Shown: positions 48,468 through 58,135, counted from the first letter of the stretch. The stretch: 64,000 bases of DNA from Spirochaetia bacterium (GCA_038204425.1 JBBRCZ010000003.1:150383-214382), one strand, 5' to 3'. The notes: generated by a model not told the origin, from the letters alone. Numbers and translations are program-made.

Positions 48468-48868
48468 GCGGGCAACATCCAAAGTCTGAAGCTTGGGACC
48501 GAGCACTTCAGACCGCAGTGGAAGCAGTCGATAGAGAAATGGAAAGGCGACACGGGCAGCGCTTTAAGTTGGGCTGGAATCGCGCGGCTTCAGGAACGAC
48601 CGCCAATCCCCAAATGGATGGGATCTTCAATATTGGCGTCAAGTTTACCCTTGGATATGGCTCCCTCTATGGTCGCGGATATCTTTTGGACGTTCAACTT
48701 TCTACCAGTGAGCTGCCATCGCCCGCACTTAGAGCTCAATGGGAAAAGGAAGCTGCCGAACTAATGCAGCATCAACTTGCCCAAATTTTCCCCGAACGTA
48801 ATCTCAAGCTTGAGCGGGACGGAAGGAACTACAAGATTACCGGCGACTTTAGTCTGGGCGAGGTTTAG
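48464..48868 (+). CDS. Conserved hypothetical protein coupled to avtA
   Basis: GTGA overlap with the avtA stop; DGIFNIGVKFTLGYGSLYGRGY. Confidence 0.6.
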   Translation: MSGQHPKSEAWDRALQTAVEAVDREMERRHGQRFKLGWNRAASGTTANPQMDGIFNIGVKFTLGYGSLYGRGYLLDVQLSTSELPSPALRAQWEKEAAELMQHQLAQIFPERNLKLERDGRNYKITGDFSLGEV

Positions 48869-48881
48869 ATTCTATAGAATT

Positions 48882-49274
48882 TTAGAGAAGCTTTTGGTAA
48901 TCAGCTGGACTCAAGAGGCTGTCAAAGTCGGCTTTTGAATCCGTTTCAATGCTTACTATCCAGCCTTCGGTGTAAGGAAACCGATTGGCTAGCGAAGGAT
49001 CGTCTATCAAGTTGGTGTTAACGGCAATGACTGTTCCTGATACCGGAGAATAAAGATCGCTTGCTGCCTTTACAGATTCAATCACGCCAAAAACCTGACC
49101 TTTTTTTACTATGCTTCCAACTTTGGGCAACTCAACATAGACCACGTCACCAAGTGCATTCTCGGCATGGCGCGAAATACCAATCGTATATAAACCAGGC
49201 CCTGCTGGCCTGGCCCACTCATGGGTATCAAGGTAACGGGCTTGTTGATCAACTTCAATGTCCTGACTATTCAT
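48882..49274 (-). CDS. gcvH: Glycine cleavage system H (lipoyl carrier) protein
   Basis: HEWA, LGDVVYVELP, ESVKAASD lipoyl Lys, PY..GWI. Confidence 0.93.
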   Translation of the reverse strand: MNSQDIEVDQQARYLDTHEWARPAGPGLYTIGISRHAENALGDVVYVELPKVGSIVKKGQVFGVIESVKAASDLYSPVSGTVIAVNTNLIDDPSLANRFPYTEGWIVSIETDSKADFDSLLSPADYQKLL

Positions 49275-49295
49275 TTCTGCGCTCCCAGGCAGAGA

Positions 49296-51125
49296 CTAAT
49301 CTACTGTTACACTTTTGGCAAGATTACGTGGTCTATCTACGTCGCGGCCAAGCACTTTGGCCGTTTCGTAGGCAAATAGTTGCAGCGCTGGCAACATCAC
49401 AAGCCCAGTCAAGTAGTCAGGTACTTCCGGCAAAGAAATAGTATGGTCGGCTATCGCTGCGATCCGTGGATCACTTGAGGTAGTTAAGGCAATCACGATG
49501 CCGGATCGGGCCTTAATTTCCTGTATGTTGGCCAAGTCGCGGTCAAGAGTTGCTCCACCGGGTACAAGCACGATACTGGGAACCTTAGCTTCTACCAAGG
49601 CAAGTGGGCCATGTTTTAGGCCGCCGGTAGGGTAGGCTTCGGCTGGCATATAGGCCAATTCTTTTAGCTTGAGTGCGCCTTCACGAGCATAGGGCAAAAG
49701 ACTATTGCGACCTAAGAATAGGTAGTGCTTGGAATCACTTAGCGTATGAGCAAGTTGACCCATTGCTTGTGCCTTTACCAAAGCCACCTTCATATACTCG
49801 GGTAAGTTTTGAAGGTGAGCTACAATTTCCTGCCCTTTGCTTGGGCCAATGTTTCTTTGTCTACCTAAGAGCAAAGCAAGTAACAATCCAACCAGACTCT
49901 GACAAGCAAAGGCCTTACTGGTTGCAACTGAATACTCTGGACCAGCATGCAGGTAAACACCTGAGTTACAAAGTCGAGCAAGACTTGAGCCTACCGCGTT
50001 GATTATGCCATGTACCTTAAAACCTCTGTTTTGAAGTTCTTGGACTGCTACTATGGTGTCGGTGGTTTCGCCAGATTGGCTCAGTGCAAGATATAATGTG
50101 TCAGACTCAAAAATTGGTTGGGAACTACGTAGTTCTGAGGCATCTAGGGTTCGAGCAGGCAAGAGTGCCATGGACTCAATTAATTCAGCGGCGGCTTGAG
50201 CAGCAAAAAGTGCAGAGCCCATGCCGATTAAGGCAACTCGTTTGATGGACGCAAGTTCAGAGGCGCTCATATTGAGGCCACCTAGCTTAACCGTGCCAAA
50301 GCCCGGAATTAGCCTGCCACCGCCACCGAGACAGTTTCTGATACTCTCGGGTTGTTCCATAAGTTCTTTGAGAAAATAGTGGGGATGGTCGCCAAGTTCA
50401 CTTGCATCAGCATGATATTCGAGCATGCTTGACTCTTTTGGATTTGGTTTGTTTTCAAAAGTCCTGACTTCCCACTCGGTTTCTCTAATTAAAGCAAGGT
50501 CACCGTCGTCAAGCCAAACAACTTCTCGGGTGTGGCCCAAAAAAGCTTGCGGGTCTGATGCCAAAAACAGCTCTTTTTCCCCGATTCCGATTACCAACGG
50601 ACTGCCTTTTCTGGCGCCGATCAACAGACCGGGATGTTCAGAAAACATGAAAACGAGACCGTAAGTTCCTTTTAGTTTGGAAAGAGTTTTGATAACGGCC
50701 TCGACAGGGTCCTTGTCCAAGTAGCGACTTGCTAAATGAGCTACAACCTCGCTGTCAGTCTCACTTACAAATACTACGCCATCGGCCATAAGTTCTTGCT
50801 TGAGTGCGGTGTAATTGTCAATTATGCCATTGTGGACAATAGCTATGCGCCCATCTGGACTGAGGTGAGGGTGGGCGTTGGCTTCGGTTACGGCACCATG
50901 TGTTGCCCATCTCGTGTGACCAATTCCAGATTTTACATCGAGATCAATCGCTAGATCGGCTTCCAAACTTGCTACTTTGCCTATCCTCTTAACCGCATGG
51001 AGTTTTCCACGTTTGGAATAAGCCAGACCTGCCGAGTCATATCCGCGGTACTCAAGTCGTTTGAGGCCTTGTACCAATAAAGGCAAGGCTTTTTTTGAAC
51101 CAACATATCCCACAATTCCGCACAT
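49296..51125 (-). CDS. glmS: Glutamine--fructose-6-phosphate aminotransferase
   Basis: MCGIVG, LEYRGYDSAG, GHTRWATHG, SQSGET, EGALKLKE, PRNLAKSVTV. Confidence 0.96.
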   Translation of the reverse strand: MCGIVGYVGSKKALPLLVQGLKRLEYRGYDSAGLAYSKRGKLHAVKRIGKVASLEADLAIDLDVKSGIGHTRWATHGAVTEANAHPHLSPDGRIAIVHNGIIDNYTALKQELMADGVVFVSETDSEVVAHLASRYLDKDPVEAVIKTLSKLKGTYGLVFMFSEHPGLLIGARKGSPLVIGIGEKELFLASDPQAFLGHTREVVWLDDGDLALIRETEWEVRTFENKPNPKESSMLEYHADASELGDHPHYFLKELMEQPESIRNCLGGGGRLIPGFGTVKLGGLNMSASELASIKRVALIGMGSALFAAQAAAELIESMALLPARTLDASELRSSQPIFESDTLYLALSQSGETTDTIVAVQELQNRGFKVHGIINAVGSSLARLCNSGVYLHAGPEYSVATSKAFACQSLVGLLLALLLGRQRNIGPSKGQEIVAHLQNLPEYMKVALVKAQAMGQLAHTLSDSKHYLFLGRNSLLPYAREGALKLKELAYMPAEAYPTGGLKHGPLALVEAKVPSIVLVPGGATLDRDLANIQEIKARSGIVIALTTSSDPRIAAIADHTISLPEVPDYLTGLVMLPALQLFAYETAKVLGRDVDRPRNLAKSVTVD

Positions 51126-51140
51126 AAATAAGTCCTCATT

Positions 51141-51416
51141 TTATCCGTAGATTAGTCGCCTAATTTGACGTTCGCTTAGATTTTCTTCCGAAAATCTTCG
51201 TTTACTTAATTCTGTTTTTATCTGGCTATAGATTTCACTATTTCGCCAGCCATCGGTTTGCAACTGCAAGTGGCGATTTGCCACCCAAGACTCTAGGTCT
51301 TGTGACCAAAACGACAAAAACTCTTCGGTCATTCGCTGCGCTTGATCTCTATTTAGTTCAAAGCTGGAACACAAATGTTCCAAAAATTGTTCTTGGCTTA
51401 GCAAAGACGTGCCCAT
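51141..51416 (-). CDS. Small conserved hypothetical protein directly upstream of glmS
   Basis: 91 aa; RH..LQ..G..N..IY..I..EL..RRF....LSERQIRRLIYG; 15 nt from the glmS start. Confidence 0.7.
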   Translation of the reverse strand: MGTSLLSQEQFLEHLCSSFELNRDQAQRMTEEFLSFWSQDLESWVANRHLQLQTDGWRNSEIYSQIKTELSKRRFSEENLSERQIRRLIYG

Positions 51417-51570
51417 ACACAGTATTGTCGCACAATTGACGAGTTTTCGCCAGATATATGCCCGAAATCGGGCAAAAAATAGCCAGAACACAAGAAAAAG
51501 TTCCAAGAATGAATCAGTTTGTTTCTTTGTTCTCAAGATATTTCCTTGCCAGTGAGTCATAATTGAACTT

Positions 51571-54213
51571 ATGAAGCTTGCACTTGGTTTACTTCCTTTG
51601 ATTCTAACAATGGTCAGTCTGAGTTGTACCAACTTTGAGACACAATTAAGTTCTCAAATGAATCTTGTCGATGCCAACCAGTGGTCATGTGAAATCGAGG
51701 CAGCGCTGGGCCTAACCAAGGCTCCAATCTATAGCAAAGCTGGTATGGTCGATTTTTCTGCTTTGATTGCAACTGTGCCTGCGCCCATTGAGTCCTTAGT
51801 GGCACGAACTCGCGTTCTGAGCGCAAAATCCGAATATTCTCTTAGCTTCACTGCCAAAGGTCAGTTTGAATTGTGGTTAGATGACCGCATGATTTTTCAA
51901 AACTACCAGCCATTTGCAATCCCCTTGCAAAAAGAAGAGCTCTGGTTGTCACTTTCCGCAGGATTTCATCAGCTGGTGCTAAGATCCAAACATCCCTCAC
52001 CCAAGTTTAGTTTTCAAGCAATACTTCGGCCATTGGATCCGCAAAGACTAGGCAAGCAGACCTCTAGCTATCGCGTCTTAAATCTGGGATTTCCCGGCAC
52101 CGGTGCCGTTTCTGCCAAGGATAGGCTTACTTTTAGGGCTACAACAAATCCTGTTAGCGATATTGTGCTGCCCATAGTTTGGTACCTAAAGGACTCCAAG
52201 GGCAATATTCTTGACCAAGGCAAGACAATCTCTGGCGTCTGGAGCTCGATTGCGCTTCCAAGCGGCGCCGATCGATTCTTAAGACTACATGCAGAAATCG
52301 ATCAATCAGCACAAACCATAACTAAGCCTGAACATGTCAGGCTGCGGAATCTTGATGTTTGGCGTTTGTTTTGTCAGGGTGATTTTGATAAAGTTGGTGC
52401 TCAGACTTCTAGCCGGGCAAGGCTTGTTTCTTCCGGTTTGGCTGATTCAAACAAACAGGACTGGAAGCCAAGCTTGGCTTTTTTGGCCGACCGCATAGAT
52501 GCAAGGCTAAGCTCGAGCTTGTTGTCTGCTGAACTTATAGAACTGGCAGTAGCATTTGTGGAGGACATACTTGAGGCCATAGAAAATCCGCGTTCCGCTG
52601 ACAGTTTAGTCTTGACCGGCTATCGCCAGATGGCCTGGTTCTCAGCCATTGATGATTCGGTTCAGCCCTATTCCATCTATCTGCCACTAAACTACAGCCC
52701 CGAGAAAAACTACAAACTCTTGTTTTTTTTACACGGCTTTGGTTCAAATGATTTCGTAGCAGTTAGATCACTCGTTGAGGCCAAACCGGACGATTTTATT
52801 GTTGTCTCGCCTTATTCTCGTGGAGACATGTACTACAAGTTGATGGCGGAGCAAGAAGTCTTGGATCTGTTGGCTCACGTATTAAAAAGGTACCCGATCG
52901 ATCAAAACCGTCTTTATCTAGCCGGAGAATCGATGGGCGGTTTTGGCGCCTGGCAGATTGGGCAGAATTTTGCTGACAAGTTTGCGGCCATTGTTCCCAT
53001 TATGGGCGGAGGCAATACTTTAATGAGTGAAAACCTAAAAAACTTGCCGGTGTTTGCCATACACGGCAATTCTGACGATATCGTTGACGTTTCTTTTAGT
53101 CGGAACATAGTCCGAGACTTGCAAAACAGAGGTTTTTTGGTGCGTTACGATGAGCTTGCCAATGTAGGTCATCATGCTCTTGGATCCTGGTTAGATGAAC
53201 ACGGACCGCAGCAATTTTTTTCTTACCTAAGGCAGTTCAAGTATCCCGAGCTTGTTGAGAATTTTTCCGTACGTATGGCAAGCGCACGATACGGTAGACA
53301 CCATTGGTTGACAGTTGAAGAAATTGACCACAAACAAGATGAGTCTGAGCTCGCCCTTGTGGAAGGAAGTCGGCTTTCGGATGATCATCTTAGTCTCAAA
53401 ACCAATAAAGTAAGGGCTTTTAAGCTCAATTTGACCAAGGCCCAAGTGTCCAAGAGCAAGAATCTGAGTTTAACAGTAGATGGCACCACACTTGAAGTAA
53501 TGCCGGAAGCGCTCAAAAGTGATTTTGTTCATCTCTATCGAGCCGGAGATAAGCAGCAATGGCAACTTGAGTTACCGTCGGATCTTTTAGTACTTAGACA
53601 TGACGAAACCGGTTTCGCAAGTTTATTTCGCAAGAATTTAATTGTAGTCTACGGTACCAAAAGCGGCGTGGGCGATAGATTAAAGATTGATGCATTGCTT
53701 CTAGCCGATTGGGGGCCAGGAATGCTGTACGATGGACTTGGCGTAAAAACAGCAAAAATTCGGGTCATGAGCGATGCCGAGTTTTCCCCCAACTTGTTGG
53801 AATCCAATAGTGTACTTTTGCTAGGCGATGAAACGCTAAATTCGGTCACAAAAACAGTAAGCGAGCATGCTATGTCCTTGTGGAGGGACATTTATAAAGA
53901 AGGGGTGTTTAGTTTTGGTGGTGTAAGTCTTGAAAAGGCAGATCTGGCCTTGGTGCAACCCAACCCCTACAATCGGTCCAGAATCATCGCTTTGTTCCAT
54001 GTCTCAGAAGACTTTTTTTCTAGTAGTGACCAGCAGCTAGCTTGGCATCGAGACTTTAAGTACTGGCTATGTGGCTATAAGACTGGTCAATCAAGACGCA
54101 GCCTTACGCTCAATCCAGCCATACCAGACATTATGCTTCTTGGTCGTCAAGCAGATAGGCCAACCTGGAAGGGTTGGTATGATAGAAACTGGCAAAATTT
54201 AGATGGTAAGTAA
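51571..54213 (+). CDS. Lipoprotein with alpha/beta-hydrolase (esterase/S9 peptidase-like) domain
   Basis: Lipobox-like SLSC; FFLHG, nucleophile GESMGG, HGNSDDIV, GHH. Confidence 0.75.
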   Translation: MKLALGLLPLILTMVSLSCTNFETQLSSQMNLVDANQWSCEIEAALGLTKAPIYSKAGMVDFSALIATVPAPIESLVARTRVLSAKSEYSLSFTAKGQFELWLDDRMIFQNYQPFAIPLQKEELWLSLSAGFHQLVLRSKHPSPKFSFQAILRPLDPQRLGKQTSSYRVLNLGFPGTGAVSAKDRLTFRATTNPVSDIVLPIVWYLKDSKGNILDQGKTISGVWSSIALPSGADRFLRLHAEIDQSAQTITKPEHVRLRNLDVWRLFCQGDFDKVGAQTSSRARLVSSGLADSNKQDWKPSLAFLADRIDARLSSSLLSAELIELAVAFVEDILEAIENPRSADSLVLTGYRQMAWFSAIDDSVQPYSIYLPLNYSPEKNYKLLFFLHGFGSNDFVAVRSLVEAKPDDFIVVSPYSRGDMYYKLMAEQEVLDLLAHVLKRYPIDQNRLYLAGESMGGFGAWQIGQNFADKFAAIVPIMGGGNTLMSENLKNLPVFAIHGNSDDIVDVSFSRNIVRDLQNRGFLVRYDELANVGHHALGSWLDEHGPQQFFSYLRQFKYPELVENFSVRMASARYGRHHWLTVEEIDHKQDESELALVEGSRLSDDHLSLKTNKVRAFKLNLTKAQVSKSKNLSLTVDGTTLEVMPEALKSDFVHLYRAGDKQQWQLELPSDLLVLRHDETGFASLFRKNLIVVYGTKSGVGDRLKIDALLLADWGPGMLYDGLGVKTAKIRVMSDAEFSPNLLESNSVLLLGDETLNSVTKTVSEHAMSLWRDIYKEGVFSFGGVSLEKADLALVQPNPYNRSRIIALFHVSEDFFSSSDQQLAWHRDFKYWLCGYKTGQSRRSLTLNPAIPDIMLLGRQADRPTWKGWYDRNWQNLDGK

Positions 54214-54220
54214 CGTTAAG

Positions 54221-54249
54221 AAAGCCAGAGATTGTTACGTCTCTGGCTC
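54221..54249. terminator. Hairpin terminator between convergent genes
   Basis: AGCCAGAGA-N8-TCTCTGGCT. Confidence 0.6.
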
Positions 54250-54261
54250 ACAAGTCGCGCT

Positions 54262-54723
54262 CTACTTCAAATAGTTGTAAAGTTCGGCTTTTTTGTCGTA
54301 TACCGTCGTATACGAATCAACTGCCCAGAAATCCATGGTAGCTCCAAAAAGTACTTTATCGTAGCTATCAGCGATCATACACTCGGCAACTAAGTCGTTA
54401 TCGGAATCGACATAGTATCTGCAGAGTGAGGCGTTGAGATTGAGCGTGTTAATTTCTTCAAGCAGGCCAGCTCGATCACCGTGAGCTTCATCGAGTGTAA
54501 AATAAGCCATCATAATGATGTTCTTCTTGTATAGTCTAAAGGTGATAGTGGCTGCATTTGCTTTTTTAGCAGAAAAACTAGCGTCCTTCTTTTCTATCTT
54601 GTAACCTAAAAATTCTAGATGCTTGATAATATCATTACTCGCTTGAGGCAGTTCCGCATAGGCGGCACCTGCAACAAATATCATAAGAACTATGGCTGCT
54701 ACCAACACAACTATTTTTTTCAT
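54262..54723 (-). CDS. Exported YbjN-like domain protein
   Basis: Signal peptide ending AYA; LLEEINTLN....CRYYVDSDNDL; AAGGA SD. Confidence 0.55.
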   Translation of the reverse strand: MKKIVVLVAAIVLMIFVAGAAYAELPQASNDIIKHLEFLGYKIEKKDASFSAKKANAATITFRLYKKNIIMMAYFTLDEAHGDRAGLLEEINTLNLNASLCRYYVDSDNDLVAECMIADSYDKVLFGATMDFWAVDSYTTVYDKKAELYNYLK

Positions 54724-54847
54724 TTTGGACGATCCTTCCTTTGTGGCGTTTTTCCTAATCATTTAGGATTCTTTTGCGCCTGTGTTAAAGTCTAAGGACA
54801 AAACAAGTATTGTCAATACGAGCAAGCAAAGAACTCAGGTTTTTTGC

Positions 54848-54876
54848 TTGACCCAACAATCGGCTGTCATTAAAAT
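54848..54876 (+). promoter_or_regulatory. sigma70 promoter of ttcA
   Basis: TTGACC-N17-TAAAAT, 8 nt before the ATG. Confidence 0.55.
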
Positions 54877-54884
54877 GGCCGCAC

Positions 54885-55754
54885 ATGTCAGAAAACTATA
54901 GCCCATTAAAATTTACATCGCTTGCCGAACGTCAACGGCCGGTTACTAAAAAACAAGTCAAGCTAAAATATGAAAGTGACAAACTAATAAAGCGACTGCG
55001 CCACTACACCGGCAAGGCGATTGCAGATTTTGATATGATCCAAGACGGCGATGTGGTTATGGTTTGCCTTTCCGGCGGCAAAGACAGCTATTGTCTCTTG
55101 GATTTGCTACTCGCGTTACAAAAAAGTGCGCCTATTAAGTTCAAAATAATCGCCGTCAATGTGGACCAAAAACAGCCAGGTTATCCTGAACATATACTGC
55201 CAAACTATTTGCAAAGCTTAGGTCTTGAGTATCGCATTGTCGAACAGGACACCTACAGTATCGTCAAGAGACTTGTACCAGAAGGCAAGACTACTTGTAG
55301 TCTGTGTTCTCGATTAAGACGCGGCATTCTCTATAAGACCGCTAAAGAACTTGGTGCAAACAAAGTTGCCTTGGGTCATCACCGCGATGACATTGTAGAA
55401 ACCCTAATGCTCAATATGTTTTTTGGTGGAAAACTCAAGGCCATGCCGCCAAAACTTGTTTCCGACGATGGTGCACATGTTGTCATCCGGCCCTTGGCGT
55501 ACTGCAAGGAATCAGACCTAATCGAATTTGCACAGTCGCGTGAGTTTCCGATAATCCCATGCAATTTGTGTGGCAGCCAACCAAATCTCAAACGAAAAAA
55601 GCTTAAAGAAATGATTGAACAGTGGGACCGGCTCTTCCCTGGTGCCAGCGATAATATGATGGAAGCCATCAAACACGTAATTCCTTCTCATTTAGCTGAT
55701 ACCAAGCTCTTCGACTTTAAAAACCTAGTTCCTAGTTTGGGTTCAGATAGTTGA
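54885..55754 (+). CDS. ttcA: tRNA 2-thiocytidine(32) synthetase
   Basis: SGGKDS PP-loop, [27 protein letters not shown]. Confidence 0.95.
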   Translation: MSENYSPLKFTSLAERQRPVTKKQVKLKYESDKLIKRLRHYTGKAIADFDMIQDGDVVMVCLSGGKDSYCLLDLLLALQKSAPIKFKIIAVNVDQKQPGYPEHILPNYLQSLGLEYRIVEQDTYSIVKRLVPEGKTTCSLCSRLRRGILYKTAKELGANKVALGHHRDDIVETLMLNMFFGGKLKAMPPKLVSDDGAHVVIRPLAYCKESDLIEFAQSREFPIIPCNLCGSQPNLKRKKLKEMIEQWDRLFPGASDNMMEAIKHVIPSHLADTKLFDFKNLVPSLGSDS

Positions 55755-55784
55755 CCTCAGCATCATATCCAGTCAGAATATGGT

Positions 55785-56576
55785 ATGCGCATTAAGAAAG
55801 ATTTAGAACGGATTCGCCAGAAAGAGGCCTTCATCGTTGACATGGATGGAGTTATTTACCACGGAAACCGGCTCTTGCCCGGTGCGGCTGAACTGGTGGC
55901 TTGGTTCAAAGCAAACAATAAAAAATTCCTTTTCTTGACCAATTCAAGTGAGCGTTCACCTGCTGAATTGTCCCAGAAGTTGGCTCGGCTGGGTATTGAG
56001 GTGGCGAGTGAACACTTTTACACCAGTGCATTGGCTACGGCCACTTTTTTGGCAAGCCAAAGACCTGGCGGAAGCGCTTATGTTATCGGCGAACCCGGCT
56101 TGATCAGTGCATTGTACGATGCAGGTTACACAATGAATAATATAAACCCCGACTACGTTGTTGTAGGCGAAGCTCGCTCGTACAATTTGGAGACCTTGCA
56201 GACAGCGGTACATTTAGTAAATCAAGGGGCGCGATTGATCGGGACCAACCCCGACATGACTGGACCAACCGAAAAGGGTTTGGTGCCTGCAACCGGCGCG
56301 TTAATTGCTCCAATAGAATTGTCAACTGGGTGCAAGGCTTATTTTGTGGGTAAGCCTAATCCTTTGATGATGCGCCATGCACTTAAGAAACTCGCAGCCA
56401 CGAGAGAAATTACTGCCCTGATTGGCGATAGAATGGACACTGACATGATTGCCGGCATTGAAACTGAAATAGAGACAGTACTAGTACTGTCAGGTGTGAG
56501 CAAAGAAGAAGACATCAAACGTTTTGCTTATTCGCCCATGCACGTTTTGGAAGGTGTATTCGAAATACCTAATTAA
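55785..56576 (+). CDS. HAD-IIA (NagD-like) phosphatase
   Basis: DMDGV, LTNSS, TNPD, GKPN, GDRMDTD. Confidence 0.9.
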   Translation: MRIKKDLERIRQKEAFIVDMDGVIYHGNRLLPGAAELVAWFKANNKKFLFLTNSSERSPAELSQKLARLGIEVASEHFYTSALATATFLASQRPGGSAYVIGEPGLISALYDAGYTMNNINPDYVVVGEARSYNLETLQTAVHLVNQGARLIGTNPDMTGPTEKGLVPATGALIAPIELSTGCKAYFVGKPNPLMMRHALKKLAATREITALIGDRMDTDMIAGIETEIETVLVLSGVSKEEDIKRFAYSPMHVLEGVFEIPN

Positions 56577-56596
56577 TGGTTTTACTGATTCACTAG

Positions 56597-56630
56597 AAAT
56601 CCCTTTCTATCAACAAATAGAAAGGGATTT
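56597..56630. terminator. Bidirectional hairpin terminator
   Basis: Perfect 14-bp inverted repeat AAATCCCTTTCTAT-N6-ATAGAAAGGGATTT between convergent genes. Confidence 0.7.
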
Positions 56631-56642
56631 GCAAGAACTTTT

Positions 56643-57353
56643 TTAGTTAAGATCAGGAGCCAAGGCTTGATCCTCAGCTGGGCTATCCTCTGAGCTAATT
56701 AGTTCAACTTCAAAAACCAATAGCTGATTTGGGCCAATCTTACCACCAGGGGCTTGATCGCCGTAGGCTAGCTTAGATGGAACATAGAAAAAATATTTGG
56801 ATCCAATTTGCATAAGCGCAATACCTTCGGACAAGCCTGGAATTACGCCATCCAACGGAAACGATGCGGGCGAATCCCGTTCGACGGAACTATCAAAGAC
56901 CGTGCCATCTATCAGCGAACCGACATAATGCACGGTGACGGTGTCATTTGCTTTAGGTTTTTCACCGTCGCCATGTTTGATAATTTGGTATTGCAATCCA
57001 CTCCCAGTACTCACCACGCCAGTCTTTTTGGCATTGGTTTCCAAAAAGGCTTGTTCTTCTTTGGCGTTCTTAGACGAGACAAGGGCTTTTGCACTTTCGA
57101 GGCCGGCTTGTACAATCTCCTGAGCCTTTTCTGTTGTCACCAATAGGTTTTTTTTATTTAGAACATCATTGACTGCGGCAATAAAGTCATTGGAGTCAAT
57201 TGAGAGGTGTGTTTCGGCCAAGCTGGTGCCAACCAACACACCAAATGCGTAACTGAGACTTGCACTGTCAGAATTAGTCGTACCAACGTTGGTGCTGGTA
57301 CATGAGGCCAAGTACATACAGCCAATTGTCAAGAAAACCATGGCGAATTTCAT
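56643..57353 (-). CDS. FKBP-type peptidyl-prolyl isomerase lipoprotein (FkpA/Mip-like)
   Basis: Lipobox LASC; SYAFG, SGLQY, HYVGSL.DG..FDSS, VIPG..E, LAYG, LVFEVEL. Confidence 0.92.
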   Translation of the reverse strand: MKFAMVFLTIGCMYLASCTSTNVGTTNSDSASLSYAFGVLVGTSLAETHLSIDSNDFIAAVNDVLNKKNLLVTTEKAQEIVQAGLESAKALVSSKNAKEEQAFLETNAKKTGVVSTGSGLQYQIIKHGDGEKPKANDTVTVHYVGSLIDGTVFDSSVERDSPASFPLDGVIPGLSEGIALMQIGSKYFFYVPSKLAYGDQAPGGKIGPNQLLVFEVELISSEDSPAEDQALAPDLN

Positions 57354-57373
57354 AGAAGAACTCCTTTTGTAGA

Positions 57374-58135
57374 CTATTTTAGACGGAGGTCAGGTGCTTG
57401 GCCGCCTGCTGCCGGTGGTGCGATTGAAATCAGATCAATGTCAAAAATCAATGGACTATTTGGCGGTATCGCTTGACCACCACCACGTTCACCATAGGCA
57501 AGCTGGGAAGGAATATAGAACTTAAACTTGCTGCCAACTTGCATAAGTTGTAGTGCCTCGGTAAATCCAGGTATGACCCTGTCCAAAGAAAGTGTAGCCG
57601 GTGTGCCATTTTTGACAGAACTGTCAAATTCTTTTCCGTCAATCAAAGTACCAACGTAGTTGATAGTAACCGTGTCAGTTGCCATAGGCTTGCTGCCACT
57701 ACCTTGTTGAATGACTTCATATTGAAGACCACTGCTTGTCTGAACTATGCCAGTTCGTTTTGCATTGCTTTCCAAAAATTCTTTTTCTTTTACCAAATTG
57801 GTGCCAGCAATTTTTTTGTTGTCTTCTTCAAGTTTGACCTTAGCTGCGTCAATTGATTTTTGAATGTATTCCTCTGCTTTGCTTCGATCAAAGCGGGCAG
57901 TTTTTCCATCCAAGATGTCTCTTATACCATCGGCCAAAGTGCCAACATCCAGTGACACACCAGTACCTTTGAGACTTTCTCCAATTGATATGCCAAAAGC
58001 GTAGCTGGCATCTGCCTTAGAAACCTCAGCAGCAACAGGTGCTTGACCTTCGATGGTTGTCGTAGTGCTCGTATTCCCGGTACAGCCCATTAAAAAAAGG
58101 CTTAGAGCGAGAAGTGAAGTCAGAATAATTCGCAT
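57374..58135 (-). CDS. FKBP-type peptidyl-prolyl isomerase lipoprotein (FkpA/Mip-like), tandem paralogue
   Basis: Lipobox LMGC; ASYAFG, SGLQY, YVGTLIDGKEFDSS, VIPGFTEALQLM, IPPNSPLIF. Confidence 0.92.
   Translation of the reverse strand: MRIILTSLLALSLFLMGCTGNTSTTTTIEGQAPVAAEVSKADASYAFGISIGESLKGTGVSLDVGTLADGIRDILDGKTARFDRSKAEEYIQKSIDAAKVKLEEDNKKIAGTNLVKEKEFLESNAKRTGIVQTSSGLQYEVIQQGSGSKPMATDTVTINYVGTLIDGKEFDSSVKNGTPATLSLDRVIPGFTEALQLMQVGSKFKFYIPSQLAYGERGGGQAIPPNSPLIFDIDLISIAPPAAGGQAPDLRLK

Noticed and set aside
51417..51632. Extension of the glmS-upstream ORF, or a glmS ribozyme
   Set aside because: Overlaps the divergent lipoprotein gene; no ribozyme core recognised by eye (an Rfam scan would settle it).
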